NCBI GenBank assembly: GCA_964650315.1
Contig: CAZYQE010000003.1
Location: 15,772-79,771, forward strand
Length of the DNA: 64,000 nt
Source of the DNA: an uncultured Muribaculaceae bacterium
Lineage (GTDB): Bacteria > Bacillota_I > Bacilli_A > RF39 > UBA660
Reading direction: 5' to 3'
In this document: in pieces, positions 18,652 to 28,474 of the stretch
Layout of the letters: every line of letters starts with the position of its first letter
Numbering within the stretch: the stretch's first letter is position 1
Notes under the pieces: generated by a model
The model's database searches: none
What the model saw: the letters and a program-made list of their open reading frames with translations, nothing else
Told to the model about the DNA's origin: nothing
Translations under genes and position numbers: made by a program

Positions 18652-19452
18652 TTAGATGATTCCTAAAAATAGAATAAATGTTAATGCTACAAATATTATA
18701 CTATCAAATCTATCTAATATTCCTCCATGTCCTGGAATTAAATTAGAAAAATCTTTTCTACCATAATATCTTTTAATTATAGAAAATACTAAATCTCCAA
18801 TTTGACCTACTAATGATAGTAATATAGTTATAACTATTACTAAAATTAATGAATTACAATTATTAATTACTGTTACATAGAAAGCTGTAGCTGCAAAAGT
18901 TCCCATAAGTGTTCCACCAATTACACCTTCTACTGTCTTCTTAGGTGAAATATCAGGACATAATTTATGTTTACCAATAAATTTACCAGTAAAGAAAGCA
19001 AATGTATCAGTAATAGTTGTTATTAAGAATAAATAAATTATATAAGTAATATCATAATTACGTGTAATAATTAATAAATTAAAACTCATACCTATAAATA
19101 ATATAGATCCTATTAAAAATAATGCATCATTAATATTATATTTCTTAGTATCATTTATATATACCATTGGTACTAAGAATACAAATATTATAAAAGTCAT
19201 GACTCTATAATCAACATTATATAAAAATTCTATTGATTTAAAATTAGTCATCGAAAAGAATATTACCATTAAATAAGCTATTACTTTCATAGCAATTGGA
19301 AATGGTTTTTTAGTTTCCCTAATATTCATAATTTCATATAGTCCAAATAAAGCTAATATTGTCATAAATATAGCAAATGTTATTCCCCCTATTAATAATA
19401 GCGGTACAAATACTGCTACCATTATTATTGCACTTATAATACGTTTCTTCAT
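18652..19452 (-). CDS. cdsA: Phosphatidate cytidylyltransferase
   Basis: Polytopic protein with the signature SIIKRYYGRKDFSNLIPGHGGILDRFDS. Confidence 0.9.
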   Translation of the reverse strand: MKKRIISAIIMVAVFVPLLLIGGITFAIFMTILALFGLYEIMNIRETKKPFPIAMKVIAYLMVIFFSMTNFKSIEFLYNVDYRVMTFIIFVFLVPMVYINDTKKYNINDALFLIGSILFIGMSFNLLIITRNYDITYIIYLFLITTITDTFAFFTGKFIGKHKLCPDISPKKTVEGVIGGTLMGTFAATAFYVTVINNCNSLILVIVITILLSLVGQIGDLVFSIIKRYYGRKDFSNLIPGHGGILDRFDSIIFVALTFILFLGII

Positions 19453-19516
19453 ATAATACCTCCACTCTATATTAATTATATAACATTACAAACAAAAAAG
19501 GAAGACAAAAACTTCC

Positions 19517-19765
19517 TTAAAATTTATCAATATCAATTTTTACATATTTGTTATCTTTTAAAGCACTACTAGCTTGTACTAAAGTTCTAATAGCATTAGC
19601 AATACGTCCACCTTTACCTATAACGCGACCCATATCTGCATCTGCTACCATTACTTGTATTAAAATAACGTTTTCTTCTTCAGTAGGAAACTCTTTAACA
19701 CTAACAGAGTCTACATCTTCTACTAAAGATTTAATGATATCTTCTGTTAAACTAACTAAATCCAT
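19517..19765 (-). CDS. khpA: KH-domain RNA-binding protein (YlqC/KhpA family)
   Basis: 82 aa with GRVIGKGGRIANAIRTL. It lies immediately downstream of rpsP, as in Bacillus. Confidence 0.85.
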   Translation of the reverse strand: MDLVSLTEDIIKSLVEDVDSVSVKEFPTEEENVILIQVMVADADMGRVIGKGGRIANAIRTLVQASSALKDNKYVKIDIDKF

Positions 19766-19767
19766 AA

Positions 19768-20040
19768 TTACTTATCCTTCTTTTTCTTAGATTCACTAAA
19801 TTTCTTAATAATTCCTTCTTTACTTAAGATATTCTTAACTGTATCAGTAGGAATAGCTCCTTCATTAAGCCATTTTAAAGCTACTTCTTCATTAATCTTA
19901 ACTTCTTCCTTAAGTGGTGAATAAGTACCAACTAATTCTATATATTGTCCATCTCTAGGTCTACGAGAATCAGTAGCAACTATTCTATAAGTAGGTTTCT
20001 TTTTAGCACCCATTCTTGTTAATCTTAATTTTACTGCCAT
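19768..20040 (-). CDS. rpsP: 30S ribosomal protein S16
   Basis: [31 protein letters not shown]. Confidence 0.95.
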   Translation of the reverse strand: MAVKLRLTRMGAKKKPTYRIVATDSRRPRDGQYIELVGTYSPLKEEVKINEEVALKWLNEGAIPTDTVKNILSKEGIIKKFSESKKKKDK

Positions 20041-20072
20041 TTTTCTTCCTCCATTTCCAAATAACTACATGT

Positions 20073-20101
20073 ATTATACTAGATATATTACTGTGTGTCA
20101 A
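20073..20101 (-). promoter_or_regulatory. Consensus sigma-A-type promoter for rpsP-khpA (TTGACA-17 nt-TATAAT)
   Basis: Minus strand: TTGACA at 20101-20096, an exact 17-nt spacer, and TATAAT at 20078-20073. Confidence 0.6.
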
Positions 20102-20117
20102 CCTTTTTTTTATAACA

Positions 20118-20648
20118 CTAATCTACTTCATCAATAAAATCTTCTTTTACTTCATCTATTTTATCTAGAACATCTTCATCATTAGATTCTATCTCTACCC
20201 AAGGATCTTCTTCCATATTAGCTTCTATTTTAACTTTAGTATCTCCAACCAACTCTATACCTAATTCTTTTTCTATTTTATAATTTATTTTATTCCCATC
20301 AATAGAAACATCTACACAACTAGGTTGTTTTAAACTTCTAACTATAATCTCTTCATTAGATAAATCCTCATCTGGTTGTCTCATATTAACTACTTCATTA
20401 TAGTTATCAGTATGTTTAACTACTCCAGTCTTAGTATCATTATCATAAGAATACCAAATATTAATATCATAACTACCATTAATATTTATCTTATCATTAT
20501 TCTTTACTCCATTGAAATTATGATTAATTACCCAACAACCAAGTATAGTAGAAGGATTATTATCTACAGATATACTATTATTAGAAACAAAAGTCTTTTT
20601 ACCTTTAGCAATAACAGCTTTAGTAACAATTTCTCTATAATTAGCCAT
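20118..20648 (-). CDS. cotE: Spore coat morphogenetic protein CotE
   Basis: MANYREIVTKAVIAKGKK...ILGCWVINH...YDINIWYSY with an acidic C-terminus, which closely parallels B. subtilis CotE as I recall it. The miaB-ymcA-cotE synteny is conserved. Confidence 0.8.
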   Translation of the reverse strand: MANYREIVTKAVIAKGKKTFVSNNSISVDNNPSTILGCWVINHNFNGVKNNDKININGSYDINIWYSYDNDTKTGVVKHTDNYNEVVNMRQPDEDLSNEEIIVRSLKQPSCVDVSIDGNKINYKIEKELGIELVGDTKVKIEANMEEDPWVEIESNDEDVLDKIDEVKEDFIDEVD

Positions 20649-20694
20649 AAGCCTACCTCCTAAAGTAATATATGCAACTGCATAAAAAAAATGA

Positions 20695-21030
20695 TTATTT
20701 ACTAATCATAAATAAATCAGTAAAATAATCATTTAATTCATCTTTAACTAAATCTATCATCTTATTAACTTCTTCTAAGTTATTATTATATTCTACATAT
20801 ATAGGAATACTATTAAGTTTAGATTCTAACTTATCTAACTTTTCTTTTATAGAATCATCATAATTACTCTTAACATATTTCTTTTGTAAAGATTTAATTT
20901 CCTCTATTAAACTACATATTTCTTCATTCTTATCCATCTTTTTCTTAATAGAAATACAATTTTTATAACTAGAAGTATTCTTAATATAAGAAACTAACTC
21001 ATCTAACTCTTTATTCATTATATTCACCAT
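20695..21030 (-). CDS. ymcA: YlbF/YmcA (RicA)-family protein
   Basis: Helical ~107-111 aa protein containing KSLQKKYV and IPIYVEY. It lies between miaB and cotE, as ymcA does in B. subtilis. An alternative ATG at 21018 overlaps the miaB stop by 8 nt. Confidence 0.6.
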   Translation of the reverse strand: MVNIMNKELDELVSYIKNTSSYKNCISIKKKMDKNEEICSLIEEIKSLQKKYVKSNYDDSIKEKLDKLESKLNSIPIYVEYNNNLEEVNKMIDLVKDELNDYFTDLFMISK

Positions 21031-22426
21031 CTAAACTCCATGTCTTAGCCTTTAAAACTTTAACATTTACTATATCACCAACATTAATAGATTTATTACT
21101 AGTAAAATTAATTAACTTATTAGTATCACTATATCCATAATACATATTCTTTTTATCAGAAATACCTTCTACTAATACTGGAAGAGTTTTACCTTCTAAT
21201 TTTTTATTATTTTCTAAGAAATATTTATTTAGTACTGTATTTAATCTTTGTAATCTTTCTTCTTTTTCTTTTAATGGTACATCATCTTTTATTTTAGATG
21301 CTGGTGTTCCTTCTCTTGGAGAAAATATAAATGAAAAAGCATTATCATATTTACAAGTTTCTACTAAATCTAATGTCTCTTTAAAATCTTCTTCAGTCTC
21401 TTTAGGAAAACCTACTATTATATCTGTAGATATAGTAACTCCTTTTACTGTATCTTTTATTTTATTAAACAATTCTAAATAACTTTCTTTAGTATATCTT
21501 CTACCCATAAGTTTTAATACTCTATTAGATCCACTTTGTACAGGCAAATGAATACTAGGCATAATATTATCATATTTACCAATTACTTCTATCATTCTAT
21601 CAGTGAAATCCCATGGATGAGAAGTAGTAAATCTAATACGAGGAATACCCATTAACGCAACATCTTCTAAAAGATTAGCTAAAGTATAATCATCATATAA
21701 ATCTTTTCCATAAGCATTAACATTTTGTCCAAGTAACGTTACTTCTTTATAACCAGAATCTATTAAAGATTTAATTTCTTTCAATATATCTTCTTTTTCT
21801 CTACTTCGCTCTCTTCCTCTAGTATAAGGAACTACACAGTAAGTACAGAATTTATCACAACCATAAATAATATTAACATAAGCTTTAAAATCATTAACTC
21901 TTTTAACTGGAAGACCTTCTATTAAATCTCCTTCTCTAGAATATACTTCTATTTGTTGACTGTTTTCTTCTATAGCTTTATCTATTATCTTTGGAAGTTC
22001 AGACATATTATGAGTACCAATAACAAAATTAACCCATTTATAATCTTTTAATATTTCATCTACTACACTTTTCTCTTGAGCCATACAACCACAAAGTCCT
22101 ACTATTAAGTCCTTATTTTCTTGTTTTAGGTGTTTAAGTCTTCCTAACATACCAAAGGCTTTATTATGTGCATTTTCTCTAATACTACAAGTATTTAATA
22201 ATACTAGATCTGCTTTATTATAATCATCTACTTCTTCAAAACCTAAACTAGTAAGTAAAGCAGAAATATTTTCGCTATCATGTTCATTCATTTGACAGCC
22301 ATAAGTCTTTATAAAGAAAGTTTTTCCCTTATATTTATTCTTTATATTTTTATCAAATTCAAAACTAATTTTCTTATAATCTCTTTTATCTCTAGTTCTA
22401 GCTTCTTTGTAATCTGGTAAATGCAT
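21011..22426 (-). CDS. miaB: tRNA-i6A37 methylthiotransferase MiaB (radical SAM)
   Basis: UPF0004 N-terminal domain (TYGCQMNEHDSE), CDKFCTYCVVP and a C-terminal TRAM domain. Confidence 0.9.
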   Translation of the reverse strand: MHLPDYKEARTRDKRDYKKISFEFDKNIKNKYKGKTFFIKTYGCQMNEHDSENISALLTSLGFEEVDDYNKADLVLLNTCSIRENAHNKAFGMLGRLKHLKQENKDLIVGLCGCMAQEKSVVDEILKDYKWVNFVIGTHNMSELPKIIDKAIEENSQQIEVYSREGDLIEGLPVKRVNDFKAYVNIIYGCDKFCTYCVVPYTRGRERSREKEDILKEIKSLIDSGYKEVTLLGQNVNAYGKDLYDDYTLANLLEDVALMGIPRIRFTTSHPWDFTDRMIEVIGKYDNIMPSIHLPVQSGSNRVLKLMGRRYTKESYLELFNKIKDTVKGVTISTDIIVGFPKETEEDFKETLDLVETCKYDNAFSFIFSPREGTPASKIKDDVPLKEKEERLQRLNTVLNKYFLENNKKLEGKTLPVLVEGISDKKNMYYGYSDTNKLINFTSNKSINVGDIVNVKVLKAKTWSLDGEYNE

Positions 22427-22492
22427 AGTATCACTTCACTTCCAAACATATTATATATTATTAGCATATTAAAAACAAGGATTTATCCTTGT

Positions 22493-23170
22493 TTATACTA
22501 ATGAATTAACAATACTATCTAAGAATAATCCACTACCTTTAATAATATCATTTTTTATATTATCAATATTTTCTATAATCTTATTAATTAAATCTCTAAG
22601 ACTAGGACATAATTCTTTTTTATTAAGATTTTTAACTATTATTTCTAAATTAGTTAATTTAGAATATTTACCATAATAATTATTCTTAATATAAGTATTA
22701 TATAAATTCATAAATGAACTCATATCTATATTAGTACATTTCTTATTTTCCAAAAATTTAAATGCAATAGAAGTATAATTATTATTGATTGCTCTATCTA
22801 AAGCAGTTTCACCCATATTATTCTCTATATCAGCCATATAATTAGATTTCTTAGTTAGTTTATCCACTATTTTTAAAGCCCCAATAGAGTTATCTTTAGC
22901 AAGTTTATGTCCAAGAGTATTACCATCTAAATTTTTATGGTTAACATACCAACTTCTCTTGTTTATATATTTTAATACTAGATTATATTCTTTTAATTGT
23001 AATAATTTCATCATTACATCATTACCTGCAGTATCACAAGCATTAATCATTTTTGGATTCTTTTTAATTAAATAATCCACTAATTCATATTTTCCACCTT
23101 TTATTAGATTAAAAATCAGGGAGGGTTCTTCCTCACATGCCTTAATTATTTCTTTTTCACTGTTTGTCAT
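22493..23170 (-). CDS. Ankyrin-repeat protein
   Basis: Repeats of the type DGNTLGHKLAKDNSIGALKIV and MGETALDRAINNNYTSIAFKFL. No signal peptide. Confidence 0.5.
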   Translation of the reverse strand: MTNSEKEIIKACEEEPSLIFNLIKGGKYELVDYLIKKNPKMINACDTAGNDVMMKLLQLKEYNLVLKYINKRSWYVNHKNLDGNTLGHKLAKDNSIGALKIVDKLTKKSNYMADIENNMGETALDRAINNNYTSIAFKFLENKKCTNIDMSSFMNLYNTYIKNNYYGKYSKLTNLEIIVKNLNKKELCPSLRDLINKIIENIDNIKNDIIKGSGLFLDSIVNSLV

Positions 23171-23259
23171 AAATTACACCTCACACGACAATTCAATATT
23201 TTATCAGAAGAAGTGATTTATGTCAAATTATGAAGAAAAAATAGAAGTTATTATAACTT

Positions 23260-24537
23260 CTATTTAATTACTTCTTTTCCACCCATATATGGTTGTAATA
23301 CTTTAGGTATTTTAATACTTCCATCTTTTTGATAATTATTCTCTATTAAAGCAATTAAACCACGTGGAGTAGCTATTACTGTATTATTTAAAGTATGTAA
23401 ATAATAAGTTCCTTTTTCTCCTTTTTTACGTATTCCTAAACGTCTAGCTTGCGCATCCCCTAAGTTAGAACAACTACCTACTTCAAAGTATTTTTGTTGT
23501 CTTGGACTCCAAGCTTCTACATCACAACTTTTAACTTTTAAATCAGCTAAATCTCCACTACAACATTCTAACTTTCTAACAGGAATATCTAAACTTCTAA
23601 AGAAATCAACTGTTAAATTAAGCATTTTATCATACCATTCCATAGATTCCTCTGGTTCACATATAACAATCATTTCTTGTTTTTCAAATTGATGAACTCT
23701 ATATAGTCCTCTTTCTTCTAGACCATGAGCTCCTCCTTCTTTTCTAAAACATGGAGAATAACTTGTTATATTAATTGGTAATTCATTATCTTTTATTATT
23801 TGTCCTTTATATTTTCCAATCATAGAATGTTCAGAAGTACCAATTAAATATAAGTCTTCACCCTCTATTTTATACATCATAGCTTCCATTTCTGGAAAAG
23901 ACATAACTCCTGTTACTACATCACCATGTATCATAAATGGTGGTATTGCATAAGTAAATCCATTATCAATCATAAAATCTCTTGCATAAGCAAGTACAGC
24001 TTCATGAAGTCTAGCAATATCTCCCATTAAATAGTAAAATCCTTCTCCACTAGTTCTACCAGCAGCCTCTTTATCTAAACCATTTACCTTATTTATAATA
24101 TCTGCATGATATGGTATTTCATAATCTGGTACAATTGGATCTCCTATTTTTTCTAATTCAACATTCTCACTATCATCTTTACCAACAGGAACAGACTCAT
24201 CCATTATTTGAGGAATAACAAGCATTTTATCCTTAATTAAAGAACTTAATTCTGCTTGTTCACCTTCTAATTTAGCAATTTCTCCTGCAGATTTAGCAAT
24301 CTCTTCTCTTATTTTACCTGCTTCTTCTTTCTTACCATCTCTCATTAATAATCCAATTTGACCACTAAGTTTATTTTTCTCAGCTTTTAATCCATCTACT
24401 TTAACTTGAACTTCTCTAACCTTCTTATCAAGTTCAAAAACCTCATCTACTAAAGGTAATTTTTCATCTTGAAATTTTTTCTTAATATTTTCCTTTACTA
24501 CATCCTTATTTTCTCTTATTAATTTAATATCTATCAT
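23260..24537 (-). CDS. serS: Seryl-tRNA synthetase
   Basis: N-terminal coiled-coil arm and class II core (FRKEGGAHG, RVHQFEKQE, GSCSNLGDAQARR). Confidence 0.95.
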   Translation of the reverse strand: MIDIKLIRENKDVVKENIKKKFQDEKLPLVDEVFELDKKVREVQVKVDGLKAEKNKLSGQIGLLMRDGKKEEAGKIREEIAKSAGEIAKLEGEQAELSSLIKDKMLVIPQIMDESVPVGKDDSENVELEKIGDPIVPDYEIPYHADIINKVNGLDKEAAGRTSGEGFYYLMGDIARLHEAVLAYARDFMIDNGFTYAIPPFMIHGDVVTGVMSFPEMEAMMYKIEGEDLYLIGTSEHSMIGKYKGQIIKDNELPINITSYSPCFRKEGGAHGLEERGLYRVHQFEKQEMIVICEPEESMEWYDKMLNLTVDFFRSLDIPVRKLECCSGDLADLKVKSCDVEAWSPRQQKYFEVGSCSNLGDAQARRLGIRKKGEKGTYYLHTLNNTVIATPRGLIALIENNYQKDGSIKIPKVLQPYMGGKEVIK

Positions 24538-24538
24538 A

Positions 24539-24790
24539 TTATTTTCCTCCTTTTATTTCCTCAAATCTATATTTTTGTTTAACATCTGGATATTTATCAT
24601 GATCTACTTTCGATAAAAACATTTCCATAGGTCTAGCATATATACCATCTTTATGATTAGTATTATCCCCATCTACACAACAATATATAACTAAATCTTC
24701 TCCAGTTTCTGAATGTTTCGCAGTTGTGATAACATATGCTTTAGAACCTTTAAAATGTCTATACTCAGTATTTACTTTAACTTTTCTCAT
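24539..24790 (-). CDS. DUF1653-family small protein, co-transcribed with serS
   Basis: [36 protein letters not shown]...ARPMEMF. The true ATG at 24790 follows SD AGGAGGAAAT. The first 19 codons of the track ORF read through the T-box terminator. Confidence 0.7.
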   Translation of the reverse strand: MRKVKVNTEYRHFKGSKAYVITTAKHSETGEDLVIYCCVDGDNTNHKDGIYARPMEMFLSKVDHDKYPDVKQKYRFEEIKGGK

Positions 24791-24799
24791 ATTTCCTCC

Positions 24800-24990
24800 T
24801 AAAAACAAAAAAAGAATAGTACAAGGAGTGCAAAAGCACGGTACCATCCTTTATTTAACTTAATTAGATAACGGTATTAACCGGAATTTCTTCATCTATA
24901 GAGTAGATAAATAAGTATTTAATATCGTTTTCACCAACCACGAATTCTCTATAATTAAATGATCTTATTATTAGTTCTAATTATTGATTT
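24800..24990 (-). promoter_or_regulatory. T-box riboswitch leader (candidate Ser UCU specifier) controlling DUF1653-serS
   Basis: The minus-strand RNA has an AGAGA box, GGUGAAAACG, F-box CCGUUA (24874-24869), T-box AAAGGAUGGUACCGUG (about 24853-24836) and a terminator GUACCGUGCUUUUGCAC...GUAC plus a U-tract. Candidate specifier UCU-A lies at 24907-24904. Promoter TTGATA(25025-25020)-17-TATAAT(25002-24997). Confidence 0.8.
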
Positions 24991-25033
24991 GTCTATATTA
25001 TATTATTTTTTTATAAATTTATCAAGTCCACGA

Positions 25034-25414
25034 TTAATAGAAAAATAAATACCAAACAAGTACTACTATTAATAATACTAATAAAACTAAATATGTAGGT
25101 ATAGATATAATTTTTCTGTTTTCCTTCACTGGTGTTTCCTTCATAGATACTTCTTCTAATTTTTTACCACCAACATATACACCATCATCACTATCATTAA
25201 TACCCTTTTCAAATTTTTCTCTATTTATTTTATCCATTTTATCCTCTGAAATATGACTCTTCATATATGAATTATCTGGATGTTCATAATTAAGTGCACC
25301 ACACTTTAAACAACAACGAGCATCAGTCTTCATAGGTTCACCACATCTTGGGCATATTAAATAATCTTTAGAGTCTATAATTTTAGTTTTTTCTTTTTTC
25401 TTAAATAAAAACAT
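25034..25414 (-). CDS. Zinc-ribbon protein with a C-terminal TM anchor
   Basis: CPRCGEPM...CCLKCGA zinc ribbon. C-terminal TM YLVLLVLLIVVLVWYLFFY. Confidence 0.5.
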   Translation of the reverse strand: MFLFKKKEKTKIIDSKDYLICPRCGEPMKTDARCCLKCGALNYEHPDNSYMKSHISEDKMDKINREKFEKGINDSDDGVYVGGKKLEEVSMKETPVKENRKIISIPTYLVLLVLLIVVLVWYLFFY

Positions 25415-25483
25415 AACACTCTCTCCTTATTACACTACCTATATATAATATACCATATAAATATTAAAAATAAAATAAAAAGG

Positions 25484-25744
25484 CTATTTAGCCTCTATAA
25501 TTAATTTAATTGCAGTACGTTCCTCCCCATCTATAGATATATCTTGAAAAGCAGGAATACATACTAAATTTCTACCACTAGGTGCAACAAAGCCTCTAGC
25601 TATCGCAATTGCTTTAATAGCTTGATTTAAAGCCCCTGCACCTACAGCTTGTATCTCGACACTACCTTTCTCTCTAAAAACATTAGTTAATGCACCTGCT
25701 ACACTATTAGGATTAGACTTACTACTTACTTTAAGTATTTCCAT
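25484..25744 (-). CDS. spoVS: Stage V sporulation protein S
   Basis: MEILKVSSKSNPNSVAGAL...EIQAVGAGALNQAIKAIAIARGF. Confidence 0.9.
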   Translation of the reverse strand: MEILKVSSKSNPNSVAGALTNVFREKGSVEIQAVGAGALNQAIKAIAIARGFVAPSGRNLVCIPAFQDISIDGEERTAIKLIIEAK

Positions 25745-25788
25745 ATATTATTCATTCCTTTCTATATATTATATATGTATAATTATTA

Positions 25789-26946
25789 TTAATAATTACC
25801 ACTAATTAACTCTTTCAAACTATTAGTAAACAAACCTAAATAATTAATATTGCCAATATCTTCAGTAACTATTAAATTAGATCTAGCTTTCTCTTTATTT
25901 TTCTCATTAATAATAACTTCTCCTATTACACTATTTTTCTTAATAGGTAATTTAATGTTCTTAATATTAACTTTATATTTATAATTATGTTTATTACTAT
26001 TATTATCTTCTACTACACCTAAATCATTATCTAAAACTACCTTAACATTATCTTTATCAGCTTTATCTAAAGATATTTTTCTAATAACAGTTCCCTTCTC
26101 TTTAACTTTATTAAACTTATAATTATTAAAACCATAATCTAACAACCCCATTGTCTCGTTATTTCTTTTTTTACTATCATCTTCTCCTAATACTATAGCA
26201 ATTAATCTCATACCATTTCTCATAGCAGTAGCCGCCAAACAATACTTTGCATTATCAGTATGCCCTGTTTTTAAACCATCTGCTCCTTCATAATATCTAA
26301 CTAATTTATTAGTATTAACTAACCAAAACTTATTAGAAGTATCTTCTCTTAAATAATCTTCATATACAGAAGAAAACTTAAGTATCTCTGGATGATTAAT
26401 AACTAACTCTCTAGCAATCATCGCCATATCATAAGCAGTAGAAAAATGACCATTTTCATCTAAACCAGTACAATTTTTAAATTCAGTATTTTTTAAACCT
26501 AACTCTTTAACCTTCTTATTCATAAGATCAACAAACTTAGATTCACTACCACTAATAACTTCTGCCATCGCCACAGTCGCATCATTACCACTTGCCATAG
26601 ATATACCCTTCATTAAATCTTTAACTGTAACCTTTTCTCCTTCACTAAGATATATCTGACTACCACCCATACTAGAAGCATTCTTGCTAATAGTAACCTT
26701 ATCAGTCCATTTAATATTACCCTTCTCAATATTCTCTAAAATAATAATCTGCGCAACCATCTTAGTCATAGACGCAACAGAAACTTTCTTATCCTTTTCT
26801 TTTTCAAATAGAATCTTCCCACTACTAGCTTCCATCAATACCCCACTAACAGAACCAGGAATCAACTCTTCCTTATTATCTAAAGCCCTAACATAAAAAG
26901 GACATATTAATTGTATTAAAATCAAGAATATAAATAACTTCTTCAT
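25789..26946 (-). CDS. D-alanyl-D-alanine carboxypeptidase (S11, PBP5-type)
   Basis: Signal peptide, SMTK (SxxK), SGND (SxN) and KTGHT (KTG) motifs, plus a C-terminal beta domain. Confidence 0.85.
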   Translation of the reverse strand: MKKLFIFLILIQLICPFYVRALDNKEELIPGSVSGVLMEASSGKILFEKEKDKKVSVASMTKMVAQIIILENIEKGNIKWTDKVTISKNASSMGGSQIYLSEGEKVTVKDLMKGISMASGNDATVAMAEVISGSESKFVDLMNKKVKELGLKNTEFKNCTGLDENGHFSTAYDMAMIARELVINHPEILKFSSVYEDYLREDTSNKFWLVNTNKLVRYYEGADGLKTGHTDNAKYCLAATAMRNGMRLIAIVLGEDDSKKRNNETMGLLDYGFNNYKFNKVKEKGTVIRKISLDKADKDNVKVVLDNDLGVVEDNNSNKHNYKYKVNIKNIKLPIKKNSVIGEVIINEKNKEKARSNLIVTEDIGNINYLGLFTNSLKELISGNY

Positions 26947-27035
26947 TTACATACCTCCACTATTAAATATGATTAAATAATATTTTTTATACATAAAAAA
27001 GAAATTTAATGATATTATTAGTAGTAGGTGATACT

Positions 27036-27872
27036 ATGAAGAAGAAAAAACTAAAAAAAAGAAATCTATTAATACTTATATTAATAATATTTCTAATAAT
27101 ATTTTTTATTATAAATAATAAACCAAGTAATAAAGATAAAAAACTAAAAGAATTAAGCAACATAGATCAAAAAATAGATTATTTTAATTATAAAAATATA
27201 AATAGATATATAAAATATAAAAAGAAACATAAAAATCTATCAAATAAACAAATAGTAATGGATGTTAATATAGGAATAGATAAAAAATACTATACTAATA
27301 CTAAAAAAAGTAAATATCTAAATACTAATAAAGTACTAGTAAATAAATATAATTATTTAACTAGTGATTATATACCAAACAATTTAGAAAACATAGATAT
27401 TAAATATTCAAGAAGTGGAATGAAATTAGTTAAAGAAGCTAAAGTCGCTTTTGAAAAGATGGCAAAAGATGCTAAAAAAGATGGTTATAGTATAATAGCC
27501 ATGTCTAGTTATAGAAGTTATAAATACCAAGTAAATTTATATAATAGATATAAGAAAAAGGATGGTAAAAAAGCTGCTGATACATATTCAGCTAGACCAG
27601 GATATTCAGAACACCAGACAGGTCTTGCTACTGATATATATAATGGAAAAGTAGATTTTAATAACTTCGAAAAAACAAAAGAATTTAAATGGATGCAAAA
27701 AAATGCTCATAAATATGGATTTATATTAAGATTTCCAAAAGATAAAGTAAAACAAACAGGATACCAATATGAATCATGGCATTATAGATATGTAGGTAAA
27801 AAAGTTGCTAAATACATAAAGGAAAACAAATTATGTTTTGAAGAATATTACATAAAAAAAATCGAGAACTAA
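27036..27872 (+). CDS. VanY/M15B-family D-alanyl-D-alanine carboxypeptidase, membrane-anchored
   Basis: Motifs SSYRSYKYQ, GYSEHQTGLATD and ESWHYRYVG. The ATG at 27036 follows AGGTGA. The track start at 27009 is less likely. Confidence 0.8.
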   Translation: MKKKKLKKRNLLILILIIFLIIFFIINNKPSNKDKKLKELSNIDQKIDYFNYKNINRYIKYKKKHKNLSNKQIVMDVNIGIDKKYYTNTKKSKYLNTNKVLVNKYNYLTSDYIPNNLENIDIKYSRSGMKLVKEAKVAFEKMAKDAKKDGYSIIAMSSYRSYKYQVNLYNRYKKKDGKKAADTYSARPGYSEHQTGLATDIYNGKVDFNNFEKTKEFKWMQKNAHKYGFILRFPKDKVKQTGYQYESWHYRYVGKKVAKYIKENKLCFEEYYIKKIEN

Positions 27873-27888
27873 TGCTTCTCGATTTTCT
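27854..27888. terminator. Bidirectional terminator hairpin shared by convergent genes
   Basis: TCGAGAA(27862-27868)/TTCTCGA(27876-27882), flanked by an A-run and a T-run. It contains both stop codons. Confidence 0.5.
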
Positions 27889-28459
27889 TATCATATTTTT
27901 TCTTAAAAACACCATATAGTTTATAAAATAAAGTGAATACTATCCATCCAAATAATATAAAATTACTTACTTGAACAATAGATAAAACCATATTATTTTT
28001 ATATAATAACTCTAATACTCTAACATCTAACTTATTATACGCAACCACTACTACAAATGCAGTAAATAAGAAAAACATAATACAAAAAGTAACATAATTA
28101 AATATTCTTTTAAACTTAGTTATTTTCTTACTATACATAGAATAAATTAATATTCCTCCACATATTAACATTATAAAGAAATATGCCACTGTAGAAGGAA
28201 AATAAATATATTTCATAATTCCTTTTATAAAAGAATCAAATGAATACCCTACGTATGCAGGAGCTGCTATTAAAATTGAAAATAAGAATGCTATATATAC
28301 TACTAATACAATATAATTAACATATTTACTCTTTCTTTTTATATTAAAGAATAATAGTAAAAATAAAAGAAGTGCTAATATGAATAAATTAACAGATATG
28401 AAAGAAGAGAACATGTATTTAAATACAGTTGCAATCTTATCCATAACAGATAAATTCAT
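27869..28459 (-). CDS. Polytopic membrane protein (about 5 TM), last gene of the adhesin/sortase operon
   Basis: Strong SD GGAGGTGG. It starts 15 nt after the sortase-like gene. No family recognised. Confidence 0.5.
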   Translation of the reverse strand: MNLSVMDKIATVFKYMFSSFISVNLFILALLLFLLLFFNIKRKSKYVNYIVLVVYIAFLFSILIAAPAYVGYSFDSFIKGIMKYIYFPSTVAYFFIMLICGGILIYSMYSKKITKFKRIFNYVTFCIMFFLFTAFVVVVAYNKLDVRVLELLYKNNMVLSIVQVSNFILFGWIVFTLFYKLYGVFKKKYDKKIEKH

Positions 28460-28474
28460 ATTACCACCTCCACA

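Noticed and set aside
24791-24847. N-terminal 19-codon extension of the DUF1653 ORF in the ORF track ([19 protein letters not shown])
   Set aside because: The extension is the translated T-box terminator and U-tract. The ATG at 24790 has an AGGAGG SD and begins the conserved DUF1653 sequence.
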